A stretch of DNA of 64,000 bases from assembly GCF_009834535.1 (NCBI RefSeq), contig NC_045712.1:37324001-37388000 (forward strand), written 5' to 3'. Each line of letters opens with the position of its first letter. Position 1 is the first letter of the stretch. The notes beneath the pieces are model-generated. The model was not told where the DNA came from. It saw nothing but the letters and a program-made list of their open reading frames with translations, and did no database searches. Shown one piece after another: positions 37,581-49,399 of this stretch. The stretch comes from Camelus ferus. Its lineage: Eukaryota. Both the position numbers and the translations under genes were made by a program.

Positions 37581-37650
37581 CATTGGCTGAGCTGTTGGGT
37601 GGGTTACAAAGCCCAGCGCTGATGACCTGGTTTTGGCTGGACACCTGCAG

Positions 37651-37791
37651 GTAGTTTCCTGGTGCCCTACATCGTCATGCTCATCGTGGAGGGCATGCCG
37701 CTCCTGTACCTGGAACTGGCAGTGGGGCAGCGCATGCGGCAGGGCAGCATCGGCGCCTGGAGGACAATCAGCCCCTACCTCAGTGGCGTTG
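37651..37791 (+). CDS. SLC6A20: SLC6A20 exon 2, 141 nt: (G)[46 protein letters not shown](G)
   Basis: Acceptor cctgcag ends 37650; donor gtaagt at 37792; phase 1/1. Confidence 0.98.
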
Positions 37792-39099
37792 GTAAGTGGG
37801 TCCTTTCCAGTCCTCTCCCACCTGTGGACCCTCAGACTCTATCCTGGGCAGGAGGAGGTGAGGGGAGAGTCCACTGGTAAAGCTGCTGGAGCAAGGGGCA
37901 AGCATGAAGCCCAGGAGAGAACCCTGGAATGGGGTGGGCGGATGGCCCAGGAGGGAGATGCTGTAGAATGTGGGCTGGATCTCTTACCCATGGGACAGTA
38001 AGAGAAGGAGGATGCATACCCCAGGGAACTGATGCCACATTGCTTCTCTTCTCTGGGCCTCAGTTTGCTCATCTGTTAAAGGGAAATAACTGACCAGGAA
38101 AGCAGCTGTAACTCTGTCCTGGCCAGCAACCATTCTGGAAACTCCCCTGCTAATTACTACTAACTTTACGTGTATTTGTGTGTGAGCTCATTTAATCTTC
38201 ATCACACCAGAGAGGTTGTGGGGCACCATCCATATCTCCAGTGCACAGAAGCCAAGGCTCAGTGGATGGCCAGAGGGGCACAGCTTTCCATCCTGCCTCC
38301 GCTGAGTTACTTGGAGCCAGTGTCCTGGGCACCGGGGAGATGGTTCACCTGCTCTGCACAGCTCTCACGTGCCAGGGCTCCTCTGTGAGCAGGAGGAACT
38401 TTGACCAGCAATGGCCATGGTCCATTCTGCTCGTCCCTCTCAACCCTCCAGCAGAAAGGCAGGCGGGAAAGCTGAGGGATATCTCAGGAGCAAGGAGGAT
38501 GTAAACCTGCACATGACTTAGATACAGAAGAAATGCGTCCGGTGGCCTCACAAATCATCTCCAGATCCAGCTGCCTCATTTTGAATGGCTGTTAATTTTT
38601 AACATGGAGGTGTGTGGTTTTACAATCGGCTTGAGTCATCAATCACAGAGGGCTTCTCTGACGCAGCATTTGTGGTGCAATAGGAAAGATACCAGATGTT
38701 TATGCCAATCAGGAATTCTGGTGAATGTTTAACAGCTGGCTGTCCAGGTGGGTGGGGGTGGAGGAAGGCCTGGTTGTAGCATTTATGGATACCAATGGTG
38801 TAACTACTGCCACCAATGTCAACTTCTAAGGCGGTGCCCCAGGGTGTGGGGTTGAGCAGAGATGTGCACAGTGGCTCTCAGGGCTGCTGAGGGCCAGCTC
38901 TAAACATCTCTGGTTACCAACCCTCTCTCTGCTTCGGGTGCCCCCAACCCCTCACTGGTTCCCTGCAGGCCTGACCAGGTCGGGGCAGCCCCCATCCCCT
39001 CCACTCCTGACACACCCCCTCACAGCCTGCTCCCTGACACCACTGGGCAGGGTTTGGCACAAGTGACCCAGCTTCAGGCAAGCCAAGGAAGGAGCAATT

Positions 39100-39300
39100 A
39101 TGATGTCTGGCATCAGTGACAAAGTGCTTCTCATATGGTTCGAATCCTAGTTCTGCCACTTCATAGCTGTGTGGTCTTGGGCAAGCGTTGTGCCTCAGTC
39201 TCCTCCTCTGTGAAGTGGGCATAACAGTACCCGTTTCACAACAGCATTGTGAGGACCTGAAGCATATAAAGTACATTGCCCAGCACCTGGCACTTAGATC
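39100..39300 (+). mobile_element. MIR SINE (other MIR relics near 28600-28690, 38150-38330, 41270-41400, 44570-44680, 53280-53385 and 55500-55610)
   Basis: ttcgaatcctagttctgccacttcatagctgtgtggtcttgggcaag...gcctcagtctcctcctctgtgaagtggg. Confidence 0.85.
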
Positions 39301-39509
39301 TCAAAAGAACGTCACCAGCCTCACGTCCCAGAAGACGGGGAGAGAGGTGGGGGAGAGACTAAGCCTTAGAAAGTGCTCGCAGGTGCCAGGTCACCAACCT
39401 GCCAAAGGAGGTTTTGCCACCACAGGGTGGACACGGCAGAGCCACCACTGCCCGGTCCGTGTCGGGGGGAGGGGCGGCCCTCAGCGCCCTCTGCGTCCTG
39501 TCCCTTCAG

Positions 39510-39601
39510 GCGTGGCCAGCGTGGTGGTGTCCTTCTTCCTCTCCATGTACTACAACGTCATCAACGCCTGGGCCTTCTGGTACCTCTTCCACTCCTTCCA
39601 G
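39510..39601 (+). CDS. SLC6A20: SLC6A20 exon 3, 92 nt: (G)VASVVVSFFLSMYYNVINAWAFWYLFHSFQ
   Basis: Acceptor cccttcag ends 39509; donor gtgagc at 39602; TM3 YYN motif. Confidence 0.98.
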
Positions 39602-39924
39602 GTGAGCAAGCCTGGGCAGCGCAGGGGCCGCAGCAGGAGAAGGGGAGGACCCCAGGCCACCCACCTGCCCAGGGGTGGAGGGTGGGGGTGGCAGCCTTAG
39701 AGCCGGGGCGTGGTACAAAGGGCTGGGGGGAGGCCGGGCACCCCAGGACCCCTGCTGTTGTGTGTGTGCACACTTCTGGAGAGCAGGCCCACGGCTTTCA
39801 TCGGGTTCTCTCTGAAGGATGTGACCCCTGAAATATTAAGAATCACCACATAGTGGGTCCTGGGGGAAACCTGTGAAGAGAACTGCTGGGGAGGGGCTCC
39901 ACCCACGGAGCATGACAGTACCGG

Positions 39925-40002
39925 CCTTCGTCCTTCTCCTGTTCCTCCTGTTCCTGCTCCTCCTCCTCCTGCTCCTCGCCCTTCTTCCCCTCCTCCTCCC
40001 CA
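39925..40002 (+). repeat. Pyrimidine-rich (CTC/CCT)n low-complexity tract
   Basis: ccttctcctgttcctcctgttcctgctcctcctcctcctgctcctcgcccttcttcccctcctcctcccc. Confidence 0.85.
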
Positions 40003-40864
40003 TATCATCATTGTCTGTTTCTTGTTCTTCCAAGTTTCTGCCTCCAGGCCGAGCCCCTCCTTTTCTCTGCAAAATTCTCCTAGAAGGACCGTTGTCACCC
40101 CCTGTAACACAATAGCAGCTCTTCCCAAAGATAAACATTTAAAAAATGCATTTCTGACTATAACCATCGCTGATGCTCACTGTAGAAAATGAGGAAGGGG
40201 CTGGAAATCGTAGAGAAGAGAGAATCCTGATTCTGCACCAACAGGTGGTCTTCGTATCTGAAATGGGGATTTCCCCTCCACTGCCCGTGTTCACTCTTTT
40301 CCTCGGTGCCCGGCTTTCACTCTTGGGGACCCCACTGCCACTGCCCCCACTCACCTCCCAGCAGCCTCCTCCATCTCAGCCTCTTCCCCAGTGGGAGGAG
40401 AGAGGAGCTCGCTGGACGGATGCCTCACCCTTGGCCACTGAGCCAGGCCTTCACGGCTCAGACCCTGTCTCCAAGGTCCAAAAGCTAGGTGGGGCCGGCA
40501 TGGACTGTGAACTGGCCCCAGTTTGTGAGGCCAGTCTCTGGGGCACATGGGGCCCCGAGGAATGCTGGGGTGAATGACCTCAATAATCAGGAGTTGGCAT
40601 CTACTCTTAGAAGGTGCTACCTCCACACCCAATTCTGGATTCCCAATCCGCCCCACCCAGGTCACCTCATTGGAAAATGCCTTGCGCACATCCCTGACAG
40701 GAAGAACTCTCTGCCCTGAGCTTAGCTGCAGCCCCTCATCCTCTCCCTGGCTCAGCCTAGAGCACCATGAAGACTAGCCACAACCCTCTCTCTCCCCCAC
40801 CTTCCTCAGAGAAGCAGGGCACTCCTCTACTCTCCAGCCTGGGGACCATTTCCCCTCCTCTGTG

Positions 40865-41090
40865 CAGGGCTGTCATGTATGGTTGGGCAAGTTGTGCATT
40901 GCACAACACCATTCCAGCTAAGGGGTTGCAGGCATTATAGATCTGTATACTTATTAAGACAATTTTCCAAAAGTGGAAGCAATGTGTCTTGCTCTAACAA
41001 ATCAGGTTAATTTTACCGTCTTCCAAAGGCGAAAATAGAATGTCTCAAGAAAGGGGTTATCTTTTTCTAACCCTCCGAAGTGTGAAGGTT
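40865..41090 (+). mobile_element. MER91-like hAT-Tip100 relic
   Basis: cagggctgtcatgtatggttgggcaagttgtgcattgcacaac resembles the recalled MER91 terminus. Confidence 0.55.
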
Positions 41091-41879
41091 AGTGATTCCT
41101 GAAAATCACTTGACTGTGAGTGGTCATCCTTCCAGTTGAAGGATGGTCCGTCCTTCACAGATCTGTCTCTGCCTTGGAGCATCCTCCAAGGTCACATAAT
41201 AACGGTAGTTCCTGCAGCAACATTCACTCACACCCTCTCTGGGCCAGGTAGAGTCGCAAGCACTTCAGAAGTATTTGCTCATGTGATCATCACCATACCC
41301 CATGATGCTGATACACTGAGTACCGGAGGCAGAGGGGAGTTAAGTAGCTGGGAGATTCGATGCAGGCAGCCTGGCCTCAGGGTCTTTGCTCTTGTCCATC
41401 CCTCCTCCAGGCCGGGCTTTCCAGCCTCGTGTCCAGCCTTTCCCTGCAGGAGCACCAGCTGTTAGAAATGCAGGTGCCGGGATCCCAGCCTGACCCACTG
41501 ATTCAGAGCTGGAGATGCTAGGTTCTGGGAATTGGTCAACTGAACAAGTCCTTTGTACTTTAAAACTTCTCCATGCTGGCTTTGTGCTAGAATCAGCCAA
41601 AGGAGCTTTTAAAACTCCAGTGCCCAGTCCCCAGCCCAGGCCAGTGAAACCTGAGTCACTGGCAGGGGGTGGCAGGGAGGAGCACAGTAAAAGCCTGGGC
41701 ATTGTATTTTTAAAGCCTCTGTCGCAGCTGACTGAGTCACGTACAGGCTGGGAACCAGGCTGGGCTGGGCAGGCAACAGCAACTGTCCAGTGAATGGACC
41801 CAGTCAGTCCTGCAGAAGCCGGGCAGATGGCCCGGGGGCTGTCTTCTGGGCTTTAGGTCCACAGGGAGCCTCCCAAGGA

Positions 41880-42140
41880 CTGGGGCTCAGTGCTGGTAGT
41901 CTGCAGGCACCTCAGTTCCCTCCGCCTGGGCGTCCTCCCCAGGAGCCCTCCTCAGCGGTCTAGCCCAGATGTCTTTACATGCCAACTGGTGTCCAAGAAG
42001 GCAAAAATGACAGCTTCAAGGCCTCATGCTGAGGCCAGGAAGTCACACAGTTTCACTTCACTGCGTTCTGTTGGTCAAAGCAAGACACAGGCCAGCCCAG
42101 GTTCACGAGGCGGGTCAGTGGATGCCACCTCTTAAAGGGA
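41880..42140 (-). mobile_element. MLT1-type MaLR LTR relic (another at about 42610-42830)
   Basis: ggaagtcacacagtttcacttcactgcgttctgttggtcaaagcaagacacaggccagcccaggttca. Confidence 0.7.
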
Positions 42141-42887
42141 GGAACTGCTGGTGGTCACCTCTGGAAACATTTGGGGCCAAAGCTTGAATCTGGCTCTCCA
42201 TTCCAGTGGGTGAGGGTCCCTTGATTGCTGCCAGGGGTCCCACCAGCACAGGTTCCAGGTACTTTCCAGGTGACAAACCTGGGCTCCAGCTGCTCACTGG
42301 CAGTGTGGCCCTGGCCCATCCAGGGAACGCCACTGGGGCTCAATGCTGTTTCCTGTGAAATACAGGGATTGAACCCTGTGGGGTTGGACTTGATTCTGTC
42401 AGTGGAGGGTTTTTGTCTAATGAAGTCTGAGCTGGGAAACTGATTAACGTGGAGCTGTTCTTGGCAGAGCAGAGGTGGGTTCCCTAACCCCCATCTCCCT
42501 CCAAGCCAGAATTTAATCCACTCTCCCCTACCCAGCTGGGTACTTCTCTTTAGTGCTTGGCCCTGGGTCATGTTCACTGTACACATTTAGGCTCTTTTGT
42601 TCCTAAGTGATGGAGAACTCTTTTCAAACTAGCGGAAGCAGAAGAGGCTCTTACTGACTCCATCCACAAAGTCCAGGAGTGGAACTGCTTCAGGTGTAGC
42701 TTGACTCAGGCTCAAAGGAAGTCATCAGTTATCTCTGTCCTAGATGCAGAAGATGGCTGCAGAGGGGCTGAACCACAACCCCCTCTAACTTCCAAACCCA
42801 GTGCCTGTCCTAGGAAATGCCTGTCTCCAGCACCAGTCAGTGAGGGCAGGACCGAAGTCTTATCCATGTGAGGAGTTGCTAGGGGCT

Positions 42888-43308
42888 TGTGGAAATAAAC
42901 AAAAACCACCCAAATGAGAACCAGCAGAGGCTGTTTATTCTGAGCTGCTATAACAAGGGAGTCAGTGCCATAATTTGCATTTGGCAGAGACTCCAAGGCA
43001 GTCAGAGGAGTGGGAAATCGTGTTGGTGGGCAGATGGAAGGCTGTGGGTGTGCCCTGACTGGAGGTTGTTGGCATGGAAACCATAGGTGGACTACGCGTG
43101 TGATTGATTAGGGGAGCATATTTGGCTCTTTCCCTTTGGTTCTAAGTTGGAGGGAACACAGTTAGGAAAGCCGCAGTCAGTGATCAAGTTCTGACCACTC
43201 TGGGCTGATTGCTGTAGGTGCTGTGTTTTGAGTTTCTGGGCTGCCTGCTGCAGAGATTGTGGATCAGAGTTCATTTGTCATCAATGGTCCCTGTGATTCA
43301 GTCTCTCA
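42888..43308 (-). mobile_element. Solo ERV LTR (family unresolved) 265 bp upstream of exon 4
   Basis: Minus strand starts TGAGAGACTGAATC and ends ...TTTCCACA, with AATAAA (plus-strand tttatt near 42935) close to the end. Confidence 0.55.
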
Positions 43309-43573
43309 GACCCACTGTAGAGTTCAGTAGTTTTCAACAAACACTGCAAGGCATGTGGAGCCCCTCCCAGCCTCTCTTCTCTGCCCAAGCCCCACCTATG
43401 CCCACAATAAATCCTTCGATTCTCTGTCTTCAGGTGCTTCAGCCTCCTGGCCTTTGGGGACCAGTGTCCTTCTCTTCTAAGAACCTCCCACCAGGGCCAC
43501 CTCCCTTCTTCCCCACCCTGACCTGTGGCCTCAGCCCTCAACTTTGTGGATAATGCTTGTTTTGATCCCAAAG

Positions 43574-43801
43574 GATCCCCTGCCATGGTCTGTCTGCCCA
43601 GTGAATGGCAACCGCACGGGCTATGATGAGGAATGTGAGAAGGCGACCTCGACACAGTACTTCTGGTACCGGAAAACCCTCAACATCTCGCCGTCCATCC
43701 AGGAAAACGGGGCGGTGCAGTGGGAGCCGGCGCTGTGCCTCATCCTGGCCTGGCTCCTGGTGTACCTGTGCATCCTGCGGGGCACCGAGTCCACTGGCAA
43801 G
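43574..43801 (+). CDS. SLC6A20: SLC6A20 exon 4, 228 nt: DPLPWSVCPVNGNRTGYDEECEKATSTQYFWYRKTLNISPSIQENGAVQWEPALCLILAWLLVYLCILRGTESTGK
   Basis: Acceptor cccaaag ends 43573; donor gtgggg at 43802; EL2 cysteine pair and NRT sequon. Confidence 0.97.
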
Positions 43802-44109
43802 GTGGGGCGGCAGCGCGCGGGGGGCCTCTGCCCCGGCTGCCCTCTGCAGTCGAGGGGCAGAAGCCACGCTGGGGAGGAGGGCACGGACAGTGATGCTGGC
43901 ACAAATCACCTGCTAGCACCTATAGAGGTGGCCAGCAGTGCTTGAAGTTGCAACCTTAAATCTTGAAAAAAGGACTTTCCCACTATATAGAAAGATGAGC
44001 ATTTCTGTCCCAGCCCTAAACCCTTAGTGCCATAGCGGCACCAAGGAACTGGACAGTTTTCTCTTCTTTAAAAACTTTTAATGATGGCCGACATCCCTGA
44101 GACAGCCTT

Positions 44110-44282
44110 GCTCTCAAACTTAGCTGCACACTGGTACCACCGGGAGAGCTTTTAAAACTCTGATGTCTCAGTGCCCCCTCAAAGGTTCCGAAGTGATTAG
44201 TCTGGGGTGCAACCTCAGCACGGGGATTTTAAAAGCTCTCCAGGTGATTCTGTTTTGCGGCCGAATTTGAGAACCCTTGGTC
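44110..44282. mobile_element. MER5-like relic (others at about 41460-41710 and 60205-60290)
   Basis: ctcaaacttagctgcacactgg..gagagcttttaaaact...aaaagctctccaggtgattct...ttgagaacc. Confidence 0.75.
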
Positions 44283-44989
44283 TAACTGCTTTCAATGACC
44301 CTGCAGAGCTGTCAGGCCTGATTTAAAACCTTTTCTTCTTGGTGCATCCCCAGGCTTATACTCCTGATGGGGCTAAACATTTCTTTAACCTGCTCCACGC
44401 AGAAAGTTGTCCTGGAGTGTCTCCGTCACCTGCCGTCTTTCTCAAGCTGCCGCAGACACCCCTGGTCCCCGGCGTGCCCCGCTCATACTTGTCACTCCTC
44501 ACAGCTGATCCACCATCCACCATGGGTTGGACGTATACACTGTTGCAATCTTGCAACAACCTTTCATAGTAGATTTCATTGCCCCACTGGCCTGAGGCTC
44601 AGAGAGGTAAAGTGACCTACCCAAGGGCACCAAGTAGTGAGAGCAGAGGCGGGCAGACCCAGCTTTGCCCAAGAGACCAACCCGTTTGCTCTCCCCACAC
44701 TTTTTATGACTTAATCAATCCCAACTTTTCCCTGCGGAAGGTTCTAAGAGCCCACCTGTCCTACCCCTCTTGACCGCCTGAGTTGCTTCCTCCAGCCCCA
44801 TCATGTTTGTCTTGAGGCTTCAAGCCCAGAACTGCCCATGGTACCTCAGGTGCCCTGTGACACCCCAGAACCATGCCTAGTAGGACATCTTTTGGTTTCC
44901 AAGACCCCGCGATGGCCAGCATCTGAGCCCCAACAGCACCTCATCCCACAGCCAAGCTGAGGGACTAGCGAATCTTCCCTGGGAAAGTT

Positions 44990-45300
44990 TAGAGCCTGCG
45001 GCAACTCATTCTGTCCCATTTTGAAGCTTGGCTGACATTTTATGTTTATAAAAAAGTTTTTGCAGTCTGTCTTTGACATGTTATTATGACCATGATCCAA
45101 AAGATCTGAGGGCAACATCTGCAAGCTTGGAGATTTAATGAGGCCATCCCTTTTCCAGATCATTTAGAACCTTGTTAAATGAGGCCATGTCATGCCTTGA
45201 GAACTTATTTATTCTTATTGTCTGTTTGCTCTGCTTAAGCCACACCCCTCTCCATGGCAGAAGTGCCCCAACAGCTCTATTTATGGGGATTAATTTTGGT
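44990..45300 (-). mobile_element. CR1/L3-type LINE reverse-transcriptase relic
   Basis: Minus strand reads WLKQSKQTIRINKFS then NDLEKG and, after a frameshift, SPSL/ADV-like sequence. This resembles CR1 RT WL..RKQRV.ING.FS and FINDL..G...ISKFADDT. Confidence 0.55.
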
Positions 45301-46931
45301 AAAGGCAGAATGAACGCCATATCCTGGTCTCCTCTGTTGGAATCTGCTTTTTTCCCCTCCAAGATTTTTCTTTCGGATTGGTCATAAATAGCTTTTCCTA
45401 ATAGTTTAGGCCGGATCACATGTCCAGCAATCCTGCCTGACAGGGCAGAAGTGAGCCAGCCTGATCTCAATTCCAGAGGGCCTTCCAGGAAACTCATTCA
45501 CCTAAGGGGAAGGTGGGAGCTTCCAAGGACTTGTTCTAAGTGTCTTCTCAGTGTCCACTGGCTATGGACACTGGTCACCCCTCCCCTGCTGTCCCTTGAC
45601 TTCCTTCAGCTCACTGGCCAGATGCCCCTCACTTTCCTCTTATCCATTTCCATCTCAAACCTGGCTCATTTTCTTGCAATCTCAGGTGGATTTATTACTC
45701 TCCTCAAGTCACAATGACTTCAGCTTAGAAGCATTCAGAGAAGACACACCCCACGTCTGCCCTCCATCCCCAGGGTGAGAGGGCACAGAGCACCATGCTG
45801 GTGGCCTTGGAAACTCATGGGAAGGTGGCACCACACCTCAGTGGGGATGGAGGGCCGAGCGCAGCTCAAGCTGGACATAGGTCACCAGCTATGTTTCCCA
45901 AACACTAAGGGAACTGCTTTCACCAAAACAAACAAAAGAAAACTTGCAAATAATATTTCTTTGCTCTACATAAGGGGCTCTGGTACACATAAGAGTTGAT
46001 ATACAGAAAAAAAATTCTAGGCCTGGATGGGCATCCATGCACTTGAAGGCCTCCTTTGTAAGGTTTTATAAATGTTAAAATTACTCAGAGTATGAGGAGC
46101 TACTTCCAAAGCCACTATGAAAACCAAAGATAAAACATCCCTGACCCCAGGACGCATGTCAGCAGGAAAGGATTTAGTTGATAAAAAATTCCATTGATGT
46201 GCAGTTTGAAAGCCTGTGGAAGTGAAACCTTTCATAAAAATCATTGTGTTTCTATTGTATTTATTATAGGGACAGCAAATACCACTTCTTGTCCTTCCCA
46301 GCACTCATGAGCCAGCTTCTCTCAGGCCCCAGTCCTGGGGATACCTGACCTTCCTCCAAGCCCTTAGATGTTTTTTTCTTCTTTTCAGAGACAGTATAAC
46401 TCTTGTAAGTGACTGTGCTCCCTGCTTTTCCTGGGCCACTGGGAAGCTCAGAGATGAATCTGGCTTAGAAACTTGGCAGCACTTCACACACATATTCCAT
46501 AGGCCACCTTTTTCTTTAGGTTCATCTTACTGGATTGCCTCCATTTTCTTTTTATACAGATTTCTTTATCTGGCAGTTTTAAAACGTTAATGTGATCGAT
46601 ACGTTTTTGTGGGTGGCCCTCAAATCCTTTCTGGAATAAGGTCAGGTTGAAGGGAGGGTGGGGGACCGTGGCCTCAGTACCTGTTCCCTCTTCTCCACTG
46701 AATAAGAGATTTCCAGGTGGTCACAGACATGGGCATCTGCATCCCACCACCCAGTTTCCCAAACTCAGAACCTGCGTCTGACCAACAATCTCGATACCTT
46801 TCCAGCTGTCAGGAGCCTGAACAGCCAAGACTGCGGTGGTGGTGTGTGGGGACAGCGGGTCTGTCCTGGGCCAAAGGGCCCTGTGGTCACCACGTCTCCA
46901 GGAGGCTGACTCCACCCTCTGGTGCCCACAG

Positions 46932-47042
46932 GTGGTGTACTTCACTGCGTCGCTGCCCTACTGCGTGCTCCTCATCTACCTGATCAGGGGCCTCACGCTC
47001 CACGGAGCCACCAATGGGCTGGCGTACATGTTCACTCCCAAG
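46932..47042 (+). CDS. SLC6A20: SLC6A20 exon 5, 111 nt, symmetric phase 0: [37 protein letters not shown]
   Basis: Acceptor cccacag ends 46931; donor gtaggg at 47043. Confidence 0.98.
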
Positions 47043-47902
47043 GTAGGGGCGCCCCCTTCATTCTGCCACCTTCCAGGATGGGTGGAAGGGGGTGCACGAA
47101 AGGTGGGTGGAAGCCCTAGTGCACACAGGGATGTGGGTGTGAGCCCACCAGGCAGTCCCCACGCCCTGTTAATTCTGGGGCATTAAATCTTCCATTCACC
47201 CTCCTTGTCCTTACTGCCCCCCAGCCAACTGCTACCCCAGCCCCACGTCTGGCCTCCTGTCCCCAGTCTCACCTGGAACCCTCCCTCCAGCCTGTGGACT
47301 GAGTTGTTCACCAGGAGCATCAGTCCAGTCATCTCACCCTCCTGCTCGCTCCTCCATGCCCCCCTTTCCTTACAGGGGTTAATCCACACTCCACGGGGCT
47401 CTCTGTGGTCCCTCCCCATTCACCCCATGGCTGTTGCTTGTTGAGGGGCCACTGTTGCCTTTGGGGCAGGACACGTTCTTCATTTAGCAAATCCGGTCCC
47501 TGGAAACAGTATGACTGTGGCAGCGCCCCCTTCCCCACATTAATGCCCCCATCACATTCCAGATGCCCCCGAGTATCAGTGCTGGGGTACAGCCCAGACC
47601 TAGGCCCCAGCACCTCCGTCTCTGGGGGCCCAGACCCACGCGGTGCCTGGGTCACGGATCGGGGGCTCAACACCTTCTGGTTACCTTACCCTGCACTTTT
47701 CAACTGCACACCCCCTGTGGGGAGGGGGCAGTGGAGGGATGGCAGGAGGCTGTGTTTTATATGCCGAGGGCCGGGCAGGGCACCAGTGGGGACCAGGAGA
47801 GCTGGGCTCCAGCGGCTGTGTGCCGGGGACCAGCCCCTTCCCTCTCGGCCTCCCGCCCTTGCTGGTCTGAGAGTTCGCCAGCCCGTCCCTTCGGCTCTCC
47901 AG

Positions 47903-48144
47903 ATGGAGCAGCTGGCCAACCCCAAGGCCTGGATCAACGCCGCCACCCAGATCTTTTTCTCACTCGGCCTGGGCTTCGGCAGCCTCATCGCCTTCGCCAG
48001 CTACAACGAGCCCTCCAACGACTGCCAGAAGCACGCCATCATCGTGTCCCTCCTCAACAGCTCCACCTCCATCTTTGCCAGCGTCGTCACCTTCTCCATC
48101 TATGGCTTCAAGGCCACCTTCAACTACGAAAGCTGTTTGAACAA
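47903..48144 (+). CDS. SLC6A20: SLC6A20 exon 6, 242 nt: MEQLANPKAWINAATQIFFSLGLGFGSLIAFASYNEPSNDCQKHAIIVSLLNSSTSIFASVVTFSIYGFKATFNYESCLN(K)
   Basis: Acceptor ctctccag ends 47902; donor gtaagt at 48145; TM6 QIFFSLG motif. Confidence 0.98.
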
Positions 48145-48500
48145 GTAAGTCCGGGCCACCCGGTGGGCCCCAGCCTCTCAAGTGGGGCAGTGAGCCTCCA
48201 GAGCTCTGGGCCGAAGGGGCCCCTGCGAAGAGGCAGGCGCCAGAAGGCCAGGGCTGTGGGGCTGAGGGCGCCAGCCCTGCCGTCCGGGATCCAGGGTTCA
48301 AATCCACACCACCTGCAGCTGCCGAGCCTGAGGCAGGGGTGAGGGCAGTGCCTGTGTTCAAAGCAGTTCGCACAATAGGGCATTCAACACACACACCTTA
48401 GGTTCTTCTGCCCCAGCCCCCCTAGAGCTCTCCAGCCGAGCCTTGGAGATTGCAGAACCTACTTCCTGCTGCCCCTTGCCCCAGATAGCAGAAACATCAT

Positions 48501-48782
48501 CCAGAAGGTATGCCGTCCAGAGTAGTAGTCACTAGCCACAAGGGGCTGCTTACAAATTGAAATGTAAGTTGATTTAAAATTAGTTAAAATGTTAGTTAAA
48601 TTGATACAAATTTTGATTTAAATTGCTTTCCGTTTCAATGTAAATTAATTCACATCAGCTCCTCACTTGCTCTAGCCTCGCTTGAGCGCCTGGTTTCCAC
48701 ATGTGGGTCGTGGACACGGTATGGGACAGCACTGATGTAGCACGTTTCCATCATCACAGGGAGTTCTCCTGGACAGCACTGG
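48501..48782. mobile_element. MER3/MER33-like hAT-Charlie relic with an AT-rich internal expansion
   Basis: gtagtcactagccacaagggg... and ccatcatcacagggagttctcctggacagcactgg. Confidence 0.7.
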
Positions 48783-49012
48783 TCCAGAGGTTAAAATCGC
48801 CCAGCTGCATGGGTTTGGTTCCTTTGGTCACCACTATTCCTATCTGAGGCTTCCTCAAAGCCATTCAGAATTGCCCTACCCTTTAAAAGCTCACCAGTCA
48901 ACAGATCCCCTTTGTTGGAACCACCTCTCCTAAATCAGAAAGAAGAGACAGAGAGTTTGGCGACAATGGCCTTTGTAATCAGAGAAGGTCAGTCTGACCC
49001 TCTGCTCTGCAG

Positions 49013-49175
49013 GGTGATTCTGCTGCTGACCAACTCTTTCGACCTTGAAGATGGCTTTTTGACAGCCAGCAACCTGGAACAGGTGAAGGGCTACCTAGCA
49101 TCTGCCTATCCGAGCAAATACAACGAGGTGTTCCCACAAATTAAAAACTGCAGCTTGGAATCGGAGCTCGACACG
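49013..49175 (+). CDS. SLC6A20: SLC6A20 exon 7, 163 nt: (K)VILLLTNSFDLEDGFLTASNLEQVKGYLASAYPSKYNEVFPQIKNCSLESELDT
   Basis: Acceptor ctctgcag ends 49012; donor gtaagg at 49176; extended EL4 with NCS sequon. Confidence 0.98.
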
Positions 49176-49399
49176 GTAAGGTGCTGGCGAAGTCTCGGCT
49201 TGCTTCTCTCCAGGGGCCTTTGAGAGCTGCACCCTGAGGGATACGTCCCAGGAAAATCAAGGACAGCTCTGAATTCTCTCTGCTGTGCCTCTTAGGGGAC
49301 GGGAGCGCCCTGCCCACCACTCTCCCGGGTGCCGCGCAGGAATCCTAGTCACTGCCGAGTTCCTTTGGGGCCCCTGTGTCCTTTCTTCCTTGAACTTTT

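Noticed and set aside
39873-40115. Signal-peptide-like poly-Leu ORF
   Set aside because: Produced by the (CTC)n low-complexity tract.
47405-48394. 247-, 259- and 144-aa ORFs around exon 6
   Set aside because: GC-rich intron read-through plus off-frame and antisense shadows of SLC6A20 exon 6; only 47903-48144 is supported by splice sites and homology.
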